Below are positions 46,644 through 56,450 of a stretch of DNA of 64,000 nt, one piece after another. The DNA comes from a virus (Duplodnaviria; Caudoviricetes). Numbering within the stretch: position 1 is the first letter of the stretch; each line of letters opens with the position of its first letter. Both the position numbers and the translations under genes were made by a program. Location of the stretch: IMG/VR virus record IMGVR_UViG_3300010338_000575, one strand, 5' to 3'. Below the pieces are notes generated by a model, which had not been told where the DNA came from, made no database searches, and saw only the letters and a program-made list of their open reading frames with translations.

Positions 46644-47162
46644 ATGGGTAAAAAAATAATAAAATTAGCAAAAAAAGGTGTTGATGTGACAAATAACAAT
46701 GAAACAAACACCACTAATGGCACAAAATCGGCAAATGTTGATGTGCGTAAAGAAATGGCTAAAGCCAAAGTTGATGAACTATTACAAGATATTGATGTTG
46801 ATGTTAAGATAAAAAAAGATGTGTTGGGTATTGATTTACCAACAAAAGATAAAATTAGTAATAATGATGTTACTTGGTTACAAGAACAATTATCAATATT
46901 AGTTGAAAAATATGAAACGGTATCAAATGATTATTCATTATTGCGTGAAGAGTATGAAAAAATGCAAAATGAATATAATGAACTAAAAAAATTACCACAA
47001 AATGATGAAGTGAAAGATGTTGTGAATAATGTGATTGCAGTATTTAATGAATTACAAACAAATCACATGAAATACGGTCATAATTTTATAATATATCCAA
47101 TTGCCTTTATGAATAGACTGATTATGTTTTTTCCCTTTTTAAGTAAATATAAAAAATATTAA
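46644..47162 (+). CDS. Coiled-coil hypothetical protein
   Basis: 172-aa ORF with heptad pattern. Confidence 0.55.
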   Translation: MGKKIIKLAKKGVDVTNNNETNTTNGTKSANVDVRKEMAKAKVDELLQDIDVDVKIKKDVLGIDLPTKDKISNNDVTWLQEQLSILVEKYETVSNDYSLLREEYEKMQNEYNELKKLPQNDEVKDVVNNVIAVFNELQTNHMKYGHNFIIYPIAFMNRLIMFFPFLSKYKKY

Positions 47163-47246
47163 TTTTTTTTCTAAAAAAAATCACAATATGGTATTATTAT
47201 TGTGATTTTTTTTTATTTTTGTGTGTTAAATAATAAAAAAAATGAA

Positions 47247-48266
47247 ATGAATAATATTCGTGGTATTGAATTTCATTCAATTATACAGAATATATTTGGC
47301 GATGTTAAGGGTATTAACGTATCAGAACAATTACAAGTAAATTGTCCTAAATGTCAAAAACGTGAGGGTTTACTAAAGCCAGATGGTAAATATAATCTTG
47401 AAATCAATACAGCAAAACGAGTATTCAGATGTTGGAAATGTGATGACCCTAAATTTAGTGGGTCTTTAGGTAGTTTAATAAAAATTTTTGGTAATTCATC
47501 AGATTTTGAATTATATAAATCATATGCAAGCATATATCAAGAATATGTAACTGATGATAATATTGAAATCATTAATGTTCAATTACCAAACGAAATGATT
47601 TTGTTTTCAGACATGGATATTAATAATCCAGAACATTTACAAGCATATAATTATTTGGTTTTAGATAGAAAAATTAATAGAGAATTGATTTTAAAATATA
47701 GGCTTGGATTTTGTCTCGAAGGTAAATATTCGCAAAGAATAATCATACCATCATATGATGCTAATGGAATTCTCAACTATTTTGTTGCTAGGAGTTATAA
47801 TCCTAAAATAAAACGCTCTAAATATTTAAATCCTAATGTGGATAAAAATAGTATCATATTTAATGAAGGTTATATTAATTGGGATTCAACAATATTTTTG
47901 GTTGAAGGTGTTTTTGATATGCTTTCAATTCCAGTAAATACAATACCATTGTTAGGTAAAACAATATCAGCATTATTATTTAAAAGATTGTCAGAATATA
48001 AACCTAATGTTGTGATAATATTAGACCCTGATGCATACAAAGATTCAATTAATTTGTTTTACACATTACAATCCATATACATTGATTGTGATGATAAAAT
48101 AAGATTAGTTAAATTACCAACAAATGAAGATATTGATGAATTGAGACGAGAAAAAGGTGTTGAATTTGTAAAAAAATGTGTATATGGTGCAAGAAAATTA
48201 ATAACAGAAGATTACTTTATTAGTAAATTAAATAATTATTATGGAACAAATAATAGACGATATTAA
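47247..48266 (+). CDS. dnaG: DNA primase (Zn finger + TOPRIM)
   Basis: CPKC...CWKC zinc finger, RIIIP, KYLNP, LVEGVFD, LDPD. ATG 47247 follows the -7 element TATTTTTG at 47214. Confidence 0.85.
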   Translation: MNNIRGIEFHSIIQNIFGDVKGINVSEQLQVNCPKCQKREGLLKPDGKYNLEINTAKRVFRCWKCDDPKFSGSLGSLIKIFGNSSDFELYKSYASIYQEYVTDDNIEIINVQLPNEMILFSDMDINNPEHLQAYNYLVLDRKINRELILKYRLGFCLEGKYSQRIIIPSYDANGILNYFVARSYNPKIKRSKYLNPNVDKNSIIFNEGYINWDSTIFLVEGVFDMLSIPVNTIPLLGKTISALLFKRLSEYKPNVVIILDPDAYKDSINLFYTLQSIYIDCDDKIRLVKLPTNEDIDELRREKGVEFVKKCVYGARKLITEDYFISKLNNYYGTNNRRY

Positions 48267-48879
48267 ATTAGTTCGTGATATTATAAACGGTGATAAACAA
48301 TCAGAAAAAATATTTTATAATAAATATTCTAAAATTATAAAAAACTTTTTGATAAAAAAATATACATTTTATAATGATATTGATGATGATGTATCTGAAA
48401 TAATGATAAAAATCTTTTTAAATTTAAAACAATATGATGCCAGTAAATCAAAATTGAATGTATGGATATTTAGTATCGTAAAAAATTATTTGATTGATAA
48501 ATGGAGATGTAATAATAAATCACATAATACTCAATATGTAGATGTCAACTATAGTAAAGTTGAATATAATTATGAAATAAACAATACGTTTTATGATAAG
48601 AAAAAAACTTCCACAATTAATGTTGATTATATTGATAATAAACTTTATAATAGTACAATAAATTATGATGATGTTTATAATAGTTATGAAAATAATGAAT
48701 ATATTAATTATATTACAACATTAATATCACCAAAAGATTATGCCATGTTAAATATGAAATATGTGTATGGTTTTAATTATAATGAAATCGGTAATGAATT
48801 TCAATTAACAAGTACCACTGTTGGAAATAGAGTTAATTACATAAAAACTAAATTAAAAAAGAAATTGATGAATGAATAA
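48241..48879 (+). CDS. Phage RNA polymerase sigma factor (ECF-like, regions 2 and 4)
   Basis: DDVSEIMIKIF...YD..KSKLNVWIFSIVKNYLID; GFNYNEIGNEF..TSTTVGNRV HTH. Confidence 0.85.
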   Translation: MEQIIDDIKLVRDIINGDKQSEKIFYNKYSKIIKNFLIKKYTFYNDIDDDVSEIMIKIFLNLKQYDASKSKLNVWIFSIVKNYLIDKWRCNNKSHNTQYVDVNYSKVEYNYEINNTFYDKKKTSTINVDYIDNKLYNSTINYDDVYNSYENNEYINYITTLISPKDYAMLNMKYVYGFNYNEIGNEFQLTSTTVGNRVNYIKTKLKKKLMNE

Positions 48880-48882
48880 TAT

Positions 48883-48910
48883 AAAAGGGGGAAAAATTTC
48901 CCCCCTTTTT
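48883..48910. terminator. Bidirectional terminator between convergent sigma and hsp20 genes
   Basis: AAAAGGGGGAAA/TTTCCCCCCTTTT. Confidence 0.8.
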
Positions 48911-48911
48911 A

Positions 48912-49325
48912 TTATTTTACTTTTATTATTCTTTTTTTATTAATAGAATCAATATTTTTGGGTATTTTTATTGACAATATACCATTACTTAATTCAGATT
49001 CAATTTTATCAACATCAACATCATCTGGTAGTGTAAATGATTTTTCGAATAAACCAAAATAAGTACCTTTGTAATTATACTTATCCTTTTCGTTTATTTT
49101 TCGTTCTGCACTAACTGTCATTATTTTTTTATCAACTTCAATTTTAATATCTTCTTTATTAATACCTGCAAGTATTATTTGTACTTCATAACCATCATCC
49201 GTTTCGAGAATATCAAAAAACGGTTCTTTTCTAATTTTTGTTTCTTTTTTTGATTCTGTTAAAATTTCATCAATAAATTTGTTAATTAAATCTAAATTTG
49301 GTTCACTATAAATTATTTTAAACAT
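48912..49325 (-). CDS. Small heat-shock protein Hsp20
   Basis: DILETDDGY...GINKEDIKI...GLFEKSFTLPDDVD...NGILSIKIPK alpha-crystallin domain. Confidence 0.92.
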   Translation of the reverse strand: MFKIIYSEPNLDLINKFIDEILTESKKETKIRKEPFFDILETDDGYEVQIILAGINKEDIKIEVDKKIMTVSAERKINEKDKYNYKGTYFGLFEKSFTLPDDVDVDKIESELSNGILSIKIPKNIDSINKKRIIKVK

Positions 49326-49372
49326 ATGATTTATGGTTTTTAAATTAAGTTATTTTTTCAAAAATTGAAAAA

Positions 49373-49388
49373 ACAAAATAAATGCCAA
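49373..49388 (-). promoter_or_regulatory. Putative sigma-54-type promoter for hsp20
   Basis: Minus strand TTGGCATTTATTTTGT = GG-N10-GT (consensus GG-N10-GC), with upstream GTCA boxes. Confidence 0.5.
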
Positions 49389-49455
49389 AGACAAAATATG
49401 AATTTTTGACATTTTTAATTAAAAAACATTATGACTTTTTGACTTATAAAAAAAC

Positions 49456-49486
49456 TTGCTTGATTGAAATTTATTTTATAGTTTTG
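49456..49486 (+). promoter_or_regulatory. Bacteroidota housekeeping-sigma promoter
   Basis: TTG 49456-49458, 20-nt spacer, TAGTTTTG 49479-49486. Confidence 0.7.
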
Positions 49487-49491
49487 TAAAA

Positions 49492-49534
49492 AAAATGAGT
49501 TATGATAAAGAAAATGAGTTATGATAAAGAAAAT
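49492..49534 (+). repeat. 19-bp tandem duplication spanning a start codon
   Basis: AAAATGAGTTATGATAAAG x2 plus AAAAT. Confidence 0.9.
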
Positions 49535-52500
49535 TGCACATCTTGCTGATATTCACGTAAGAAAATCTCCATTAAGATATGAAGAATATCAATTAGTATT
49601 CAACAATTTAATTAATTCATTATCTGAGAAAAAACCAGATAGAATTGTTATTATTGGTGATTTGGTTCATGATTATCTTGATTTACAAGGTGAACAATTA
49701 ATATTAGTTAGAGAATTATTAAAATCGTTAAGTAAAATTGCACCAGTTAGAATTGTTAGAGGTAATCATGATTTTTTAAGAAGAAATTCAAAACGAATTG
49801 ATAGCGTTAAGGCAATTGTTAAAACATTGGAAAATATTGACGTAATTTATTATGATAAAACTGGAATGTATCGTGATGACAATATCACTTGGTGTGTTTG
49901 GCATCATGGTGAACAAAAGAATAATCCTTGGATGTTAAAGAAAAGTGCAGAATATATTGAAAATAATAAAGATACAATATTTATTGATTTATTTCATGAT
50001 CCGATTTCGGGTTGTATAACACCAAGTGGATTTGAGAAAAAGAGTAAATTATATTATAATATATCGGATTTTAAGGGTGATTTATCGTTATTTGGTGATA
50101 TACATAAAATGCAATTTTTAAATAAAGAAAAAACAAAAGCATATTGTGGTTCATTAATTGCACAAGATATTTCAGAAGGTGATGATGCGTTTCATGGATA
50201 TTTGTTTTGGGATGTTGATTTAAAATCTGCTGAATTGGTATCGGTATATAATGAATATTCATTTAAAAATGTTAGAATAAGTCAATACACCGATTTTGAT
50301 GATTTGGATTTCGATATATCAAATCCAACAAAATATATGACAGTTAGATTTATTTGGAATACATTACCACAAACAAGAACGTTTGAAAATGAAAGAAAAT
50401 TAAATGATTATGTTAAATCAAAATACAATAACTCAACAATAAAAATATTAAATACGAATGATTTTATCGAATCAGATAATATTGAAATAAAAGAAACAGT
50501 AACATTAAATAACATATCATCAAATGAAGTACAACATGAAATATTTAAAGAATATTTAGCGAAAATTGGTTGTGATGAAAAACAAATTAATGATGTTATT
50601 GCATTAGATAATGAGGTTTTAAAAGAAATTGAAATCGATGATGATTTTGGTGTTGAATGGGATATTATAAAATTTGGCGGTGTAAATTTCATGTCATATG
50701 CTCAATTAGATGTTGATTGGCGAAATATGACTGGTTTATTTCAGATAACTGGTGTTAATACTGCTGGTAAAACAACCATAATGAAATTGATTTCATATAT
50801 ATTATTTAATAAAACATTAGAAACTGAAACAAGAGTTAAGTTTGGTGATATTCGTTATATAAACAATAGAAATGGTGCAGAGTTTTGTGAGGGTTATTTA
50901 GTATTATATGCAAATGGTGAATATTATGGTATTAAAAGAAGAACTGAAATTCAAAAAAATAAATCAGGTGATATTATTGGAGTGCCGACCACATTGAATT
51001 ATTATTTACTTAATGATCCTGATGATGTGTTGAGTGATGATAATAATATTGATAAATTGGATGGTGATAGAAGAGTAAAAACACAAAATAAATTAAATTC
51101 AATTATTGGTAGTTATGATAATTTTATGCGTATCGTTATGACAACATCAGATACGTTAAATAGAATATTATCTAACGATATGGCGGTTTTTGTTGATTCA
51201 TTATTATATGATAGTGGATTGGATATTTTTGATAAAAAACTTGAAGGTTGGAAAATTTTAAATAAAAGATTTAATGAAAAACCTAAAATATCTTGTGATA
51301 TTAGTGCAGTAACACAACAAAATAAACAATTAAATGATGAAATTTTTGATTTAGAAAATAAAATTAATAAAATTGAAACTGAAATATTACCTGATTTGAT
51401 GAATAGAATATCAACAGGTAAGAATTATATTGAGAACTTAACAAAAAAATTATATAAAATTGACGATGAGATTTATAATTTAGATGTGTCTAAATTAAAC
51501 AACGACATTTCTATAAGAAATAAAATTATTAACGATCTAAAAAATCGCCAAACATTATTAATGAAAAATATTTCAGAATTAAAAGAAAGTTATGATGAAA
51601 AAAGATTAAATGATTTGTTGGAAAAAAAAGAAACGCAGAAATCTAATGAATATGCATTGAGACTTAAAATAAAGGAAAGTGAAAGAATTATATCTGATGA
51701 ACAACATTCAATTGAAATCATTAATGGTGATAATTATAGATTAAAAAATGATATCGATAAAATTAATAGTGAGATTGTTAGTTTAAAAAATAGTAAAATT
51801 TGTAAATTATGTGGACAATTAATCAATAAGCCAGAACATATTGAACATATAAATAAAACTGTTGCTGAAAAAAATGAAGAAATTACACAAATCAATAAGA
51901 AAATAAAAGAAAATGAAGAAAAAATTCCAATACATTTAAATAATATTGAAACACAAAGAAATAATATTCAAAACATTAAAAGTGAAATAGAAAAAATGAC
52001 ACTTGATATGGAATCGATTTTAAAAGAAATCGGTATTTTGAATAATGATAAAAATGATGTTGAAAAACGTAAAGAATTACAAAATGAATTGGATAAAATT
52101 CCAATAAAAATACAAAACGAAGAATTAAGCATTAGTATATGTATGCAAAAAATAAATAATTATGAAAACAGTTTGAAACAAATTGAAGAAAATAAAAAAA
52201 TTGAAAATCAAATTAGTCTTGCAAAATCAAGATTGGAAACATTAGAAAATGAGGAAAGAGATGTTAGAGAAAGTATAATATTGTATAAAACTGCGATTGC
52301 TGATAAACATATGAAAATAAAAACAAATAATAATTTGATTGATGAATTCAAAAAACAAGAATATGTTGAGAATATTATGAAATTATATAAAAAATGTGTT
52401 CATCGTGATGGTATACCAAAACAAATGTTATCAAACTATATTCTACCAAAAATAAATCAAACGTTAGGTGATATTTTATCTGTAGCACCTTTTAAAATAT

Positions 52501-52847
52501 GGTTGGATGAAAATGATTTTAAACCTAAATTAATGTATTATAGTAGACCAAATTCAATAATTGATTGTATTTCAGCAAGTGGTAAGGAAAGAACATTTTC
52601 TAGTGTTGTATTAAAATTTGCATTAAATCAAATTAATGTTAAATCAAAACCCACATTATTTTTATTGGATGAAGTTACGGGTAAATTGGATGAAAATAGT
52701 ATTGAAGAATTTGTTGATATGTTGCATCTGATAAAAAATTCAATAAAAAGAATTTTAGTGGTTGAATATAAACACGAAATAAATCCCAAATATGTAATTA
52801 ATGTTGAGTTAGATGATAATGGTATATCATCATTATCAATCGAATAA
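49521..52847 (+). CDS. Fused Mre11/SbcD nuclease and Rad50/SbcC ATPase
   Basis: DIH, GD, GNHD, GDIH; Walker A GVNTAGKTT, zinc hook CKLC, signature SASGKE, Walker B FLLDE. Confidence 0.9.
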   Translation: MIKKIAHLADIHVRKSPLRYEEYQLVFNNLINSLSEKKPDRIVIIGDLVHDYLDLQGEQLILVRELLKSLSKIAPVRIVRGNHDFLRRNSKRIDSVKAIVKTLENIDVIYYDKTGMYRDDNITWCVWHHGEQKNNPWMLKKSAEYIENNKDTIFIDLFHDPISGCITPSGFEKKSKLYYNISDFKGDLSLFGDIHKMQFLNKEKTKAYCGSLIAQDISEGDDAFHGYLFWDVDLKSAELVSVYNEYSFKNVRISQYTDFDDLDFDISNPTKYMTVRFIWNTLPQTRTFENERKLNDYVKSKYNNSTIKILNTNDFIESDNIEIKETVTLNNISSNEVQHEIFKEYLAKIGCDEKQINDVIALDNEVLKEIEIDDDFGVEWDIIKFGGVNFMSYAQLDVDWRNMTGLFQITGVNTAGKTTIMKLISYILFNKTLETETRVKFGDIRYINNRNGAEFCEGYLVLYANGEYYGIKRRTEIQKNKSGDIIGVPTTLNYYLLNDPDDVLSDDNNIDKLDGDRRVKTQNKLNSIIGSYDNFMRIVMTTSDTLNRILSNDMAVFVDSLLYDSGLDIFDKKLEGWKILNKRFNEKPKISCDISAVTQQNKQLNDEIFDLENKINKIETEILPDLMNRISTGKNYIENLTKKLYKIDDEIYNLDVSKLNNDISIRNKIINDLKNRQTLLMKNISELKESYDEKRLNDLLEKKETQKSNEYALRLKIKESERIISDEQHSIEIINGDNYRLKNDIDKINSEIVSLKNSKICKLCGQLINKPEHIEHINKTVAEKNEEITQINKKIKENEEKIPIHLNNIETQRNNIQNIKSEIEKMTLDMESILKEIGILNNDKNDVEKRKELQNELDKIPIKIQNEELSISICMQKINNYENSLKQIEENKKIENQISLAKSRLETLENEERDVRESIILYKTAIADKHMKIKTNNNLIDEFKKQEYVENIMKLYKKCVHRDGIPKQMLSNYILPKINQTLGDILSVAPFKIWLDENDFKPKLMYYSRPNSIIDCISASGKERTFSSVVLKFALNQINVKSKPTLFLLDEVTGKLDENSIEEFVDMLHLIKNSIKRILVVEYKHEINPKYVINVELDDNGISSLSIE

Positions 52848-52882
52848 AAATAAGGTATAATTATTTTAAAATTAGTTAATTT

Positions 52883-53281
52883 ATGTCATTAGATATTACA
52901 TTTCAAAAGAAATTCACGTTTGATGATGTTATAAATAAAACATCAATAACAATTGTTAATAAAAACAATTTTTGGTGGATGCGTAAAAACAATTCAATTG
53001 TTTTAATAAAATATTATATACCACCCAATAATAACGAATTAATAACTAACAATAATAATGATAATAGAATTATTTGGGGTATAACAGCATATGCTTGGAG
53101 TAAATATCATGACGTTTTAGATGAGTTGGTTTTGACATTTCAAACAAAATTTATTACTGATTTAGAAGAAGAAATGTATATAAGAGATAATACATTGGAT
53201 ATTAATAAATTATTTGATGCTGTTACCCAAAATTTTGGTTTTGTTATTGAAGATGGTGTGATTATAAAATCAAACCAGTAA
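52883..53281 (+). CDS. Hypothetical protein
   Basis: 132-aa ORF. Confidence 0.55.
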   Translation: MSLDITFQKKFTFDDVINKTSITIVNKNNFWWMRKNNSIVLIKYYIPPNNNELITNNNNDNRIIWGITAYAWSKYHDVLDELVLTFQTKFITDLEEEMYIRDNTLDINKLFDAVTQNFGFVIEDGVIIKSNQ

Positions 53282-53322
53282 TTGTTAATTAACTATTTAT
53301 TAACATACACATAGTTATTAAT

Positions 53323-54462
53323 ATGGATCAATTAAAATACGAAAAATTAAGGAAAAAAAATAGCAAAAAAGATTTTGAGCAAAGTAATAAATGGTTAGAT
53401 TGGTGGTTATTTAATTTATCATTTGTTGGTAATATATTATCAATATTTTTTGCAGTTTTTTTATTATATCCCAAATTATTAAGTGCAGTTGAAATTAATA
53501 TTAGTGATGGTATTATATCGGAAATAATTGCAATAACGATAACATTATTAATATTAGTAGCAGTTGAAGCGATAAAAAGATATGTGATTAGGAATTTTTC
53601 AAACGAATTTTTGAAAAATAGAATGGTGTTTAAATCAACGGGTTGGTTAATTACATCTGTATCAATACAATTAATTAGTTTTTATATGTCAGTCGTTGGT
53701 TCAAAAAATTTGGGAAATATTGGTCAATATAAAAAAGATGTTATTGATAATCAGTTAATGGCAGAAAAAATAAGAATAACAAATAAATATGATAGTCTTA
53801 TTGCACAAAAAAATAATTATATTTTAGAATTAATTGAAATTAATAAAAAGATTAATGAAAAAATTGATAAAACACCATTAAGTTGGGAGAAAATAAAAAA
53901 TGGATATAGACTTGATATTAAGAATAATGATGCGAAAATTGATGCCACAAAAAATGAAATTAATGTATTATATTCTGAATTAGAAAAAGAATTGTCTAAA
54001 ATCGAACAAAATGTTAATAATAAGAAAAACAACATTGATAGTGAAAACGTTCAAAGTATTTTATTATTTATAATAATAGCAATTATTAATGAATTTTTAG
54101 TGTTTTCTGGAATATATTTTAGAGAATGGTATGAATATAAATTATTTATACTTAATCAACATAAATATGAAAAAAGATATCTAAAAAGAGATAGATTTAG
54201 ATTACTTACAGTATTTTTATATAAAAACGGTCAGTCAAATGTGGGTGATGTTGTTTTAAGTGGTATTAAATTGAAGGAAATCATAAAAGAAAAAACAACA
54301 ATACAGCCCAAAATAGTTGATGAATATTTTAATTATATGGATAGTAATGGTGTATTTAATGTCGTTGGCAAAAGAAGATATTTTGCAAAAACATTTGATG
54401 AAGCAATTGATATTGTTGATAATTTTGATGATATTTCACAAATATTTGACGAAATGAGATAA
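53323..54462 (+). CDS. Multi-pass membrane protein with coiled coil
   Basis: Three N-terminal TM segments, coiled coil, fourth TM segment. Confidence 0.65.
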   Translation: MDQLKYEKLRKKNSKKDFEQSNKWLDWWLFNLSFVGNILSIFFAVFLLYPKLLSAVEINISDGIISEIIAITITLLILVAVEAIKRYVIRNFSNEFLKNRMVFKSTGWLITSVSIQLISFYMSVVGSKNLGNIGQYKKDVIDNQLMAEKIRITNKYDSLIAQKNNYILELIEINKKINEKIDKTPLSWEKIKNGYRLDIKNNDAKIDATKNEINVLYSELEKELSKIEQNVNNKKNNIDSENVQSILLFIIIAIINEFLVFSGIYFREWYEYKLFILNQHKYEKRYLKRDRFRLLTVFLYKNGQSNVGDVVLSGIKLKEIIKEKTTIQPKIVDEYFNYMDSNGVFNVVGKRRYFAKTFDEAIDIVDNFDDISQIFDEMR

Positions 54463-54485
54463 ATTTATTACATAACAAATAAAAT

Positions 54486-54662
54486 ATGGGTAATAATAAA
54501 GAAATTGCAAAAATATTAAAGGAATCATTATCAATTGTTGATGAATTAGGTAACCTTGATGTCGAAGATTTGGATGATTTTGATAATGATATGTTAGAAG
54601 AATTATTATCGATAATTGAAAGAGCAAAAAAATTAAAAAAAAACCATCATTGGAAATTATAG
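54486..54662 (+). CDS. 58-aa acidic hypothetical protein
   Basis: MGNNKEIAKILKESLSIVDEL...HHWKL*, fills the intergenic gap; below ORF-track cutoff. Confidence 0.55.
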   Translation: MGNNKEIAKILKESLSIVDELGNLDVEDLDDFDNDMLEELLSIIERAKKLKKNHHWKL

Positions 54663-54692
54663 TGCATTTTTTTAATTAAAAAACCAATTTTT

Positions 54693-55310
54693 ATGTTACA
54701 AATTGACGATAAAACATATTGGATTAATGATTTTAATCGATATAGAACTCAAATTCCAAAAACACAAATTATTATTGGTTTTAGTTTAAGAAAAGATAGC
54801 AACCATATAATAAGACTTCAACATAAAGAATTTGGTAAAACAAAAAGTTGGAATACGTTTACTGTGTGTAGAAATGGTTTAATATATCAACATTATGATC
54901 CAAAGTATCATACAGATTTTATCGGAGTTAAAGAAGTCGATAAAAAATCAATATCAATTGTGCTTGAAAATATGGGATGTTTATATAAAACACCTGATAA
55001 TAAATATATTAACTGGATTAATGAAATTTGTGATAATGATAGTGTTGTTGAAAAAAATTGGTATGGTTGTAATTATTGGGAACAAATTCCAGAAATACAG
55101 TTTTTAAATACTGCAAAATTGTGTGTTGATTTATGTAATAAATATAACATACCAAAAAAATGTATTGAATTCCAATTATATCATAAGGACACAATTAAAT
55201 ATAATGGAATTGTATTTATTGGTAATTATATTGATAGTAGTAGTAATACAAATCCATTATTTGATAATGATAATTTTAATAAATTAATTAATGAATATGA
55301 AAATGAATAA
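54693..55310 (+). CDS. Amidase_2-fold protein lacking Zn ligands (pseudo-amidase)
   Basis: Aligns with 60424 amidase (KTQIII, GLIYQ, SISIVLEN, YNIP) but His/Asp ligands are missing. Confidence 0.65.
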   Translation: MLQIDDKTYWINDFNRYRTQIPKTQIIIGFSLRKDSNHIIRLQHKEFGKTKSWNTFTVCRNGLIYQHYDPKYHTDFIGVKEVDKKSISIVLENMGCLYKTPDNKYINWINEICDNDSVVEKNWYGCNYWEQIPEIQFLNTAKLCVDLCNKYNIPKKCIEFQLYHKDTIKYNGIVFIGNYIDSSSNTNPLFDNDNFNKLINEYENE

Positions 55311-55909
55311 TATAAAAAAATAATATTAGAAGAAATTTCTCAAATTTCTAGAAAAAAGGATGATGAAATTTTTGATTATAGTAATATCATTGATTTTGAA
55401 TGGGATAAGATTACAAAAGAGGCAATGAATTTTCAAAAAATATATTTTGATTTAGAAAATAATGATAGTACTGGTGAAAAAAAGACTTTTTATATTAAAA
55501 AGAATCTTCGAAAAAATCAGCCATATAAATATGAAATAAATGCTGAACTATTTGAAGCAGGCGGTGATTGGGAGATTCCTGTATTATATTTTAAAATTGA
55601 ATTTACAAAAGGTGCGTCTTTTTTGAAAAAAATAAAAAGAAAATTGAATTTGTTTGGGATATTGAAAGAGAAAATTCATATCAAACATTATATAATAATT
55701 TTTGCTTAATACCACCTAATGATGCTGGAAATAAACTAAAATATGATGAAGAAAAGAATTGTTGGTATGCATGGCATGTTAATGATGTTGATAAAAAAAT
55801 GAAAAAAGAATTAAAAATAAGTGATGATGATAGAAAAAAAGCATGGGCATGGTTAAAAAACACACTTGAAAAATTAATTGATGATAGACACGAAATGTTA
55901 GATGATTAA
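55303..55909 (+). pseudogene. Hypothetical gene broken by two -1 homopolymer frameshifts (or sequencing errors)
   Basis: MNNIKK + IILEEISQ...AMNFQK...GASF + FEKNKKKIEFVW...MLDD*; breaks at A7 55314-55320 and T6/A7 55619-55632. Confidence 0.6.
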
Positions 55910-55913
55910 AATA

Positions 55914-55921
55914 GTATTTAT
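55914..55921 (+). promoter_or_regulatory. Putative phage late promoter GTATTTAT
   Basis: Upstream of ATG 55938. Confidence 0.65.
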
Positions 55922-55937
55922 ATAAAAATAATAAAAT

Positions 55938-56423
55938 ATGTCTGAAAATTTTAATGATAAAAAATCATCAATTCAAATGCGTGAATTGATAAAAAAAGTT
56001 CGTAATGGTAATAATGATAATACAACAACACTTAACACAAAAAAAAACATCACAATTCGTGATTTTTTAAAAATTACTCGTAAATTAAATGAAAATGAAA
56101 AAATAAAATTAAATAGAAAAACCGTTTACGATCAGAAAAGAGAAGAGGTTAATTTTATAAATGCATTAAAGGATTTAAATGTTATTGTTGATTTTAATGA
56201 TTTAAAAATTTATGATGATGAAGTTATTTGGGGTGGTATTATTGATGGTATTATTGAATTCAAATATAAAGTAACAAAGAATGAAAATACTAGTGGTGTT
56301 GAATTTGATTATTTAACTGGTTTTTCACCCGATAATCCTGACAATGAAATAATTGTTGATAGAGTTGAAAAACATTTTGATAGTTTTTATAAATATTGGC
56401 GAGATAATTTAATACAAAAATAA
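55938..56423 (+). CDS. Hypothetical protein, candidate head-internal protein
   Basis: Late motif; KLNE site after a basic N-terminal leader. Confidence 0.6.
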   Translation: MSENFNDKKSSIQMRELIKKVRNGNNDNTTTLNTKKNITIRDFLKITRKLNENEKIKLNRKTVYDQKREEVNFINALKDLNVIVDFNDLKIYDDEVIWGGIIDGIIEFKYKVTKNENTSGVEFDYLTGFSPDNPDNEIIVDRVEKHFDSFYKYWRDNLIQK

Positions 56424-56450
56424 TAATTCAATATATTAATATTTATTCAA

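Noticed and set aside
47202-47246. GTG-initiated N-terminal extension of the primase in the ORF track
   Set aside because: It overlaps the TATTTTTG -7 element; ATG 47247 with an A-rich leader is the more plausible start
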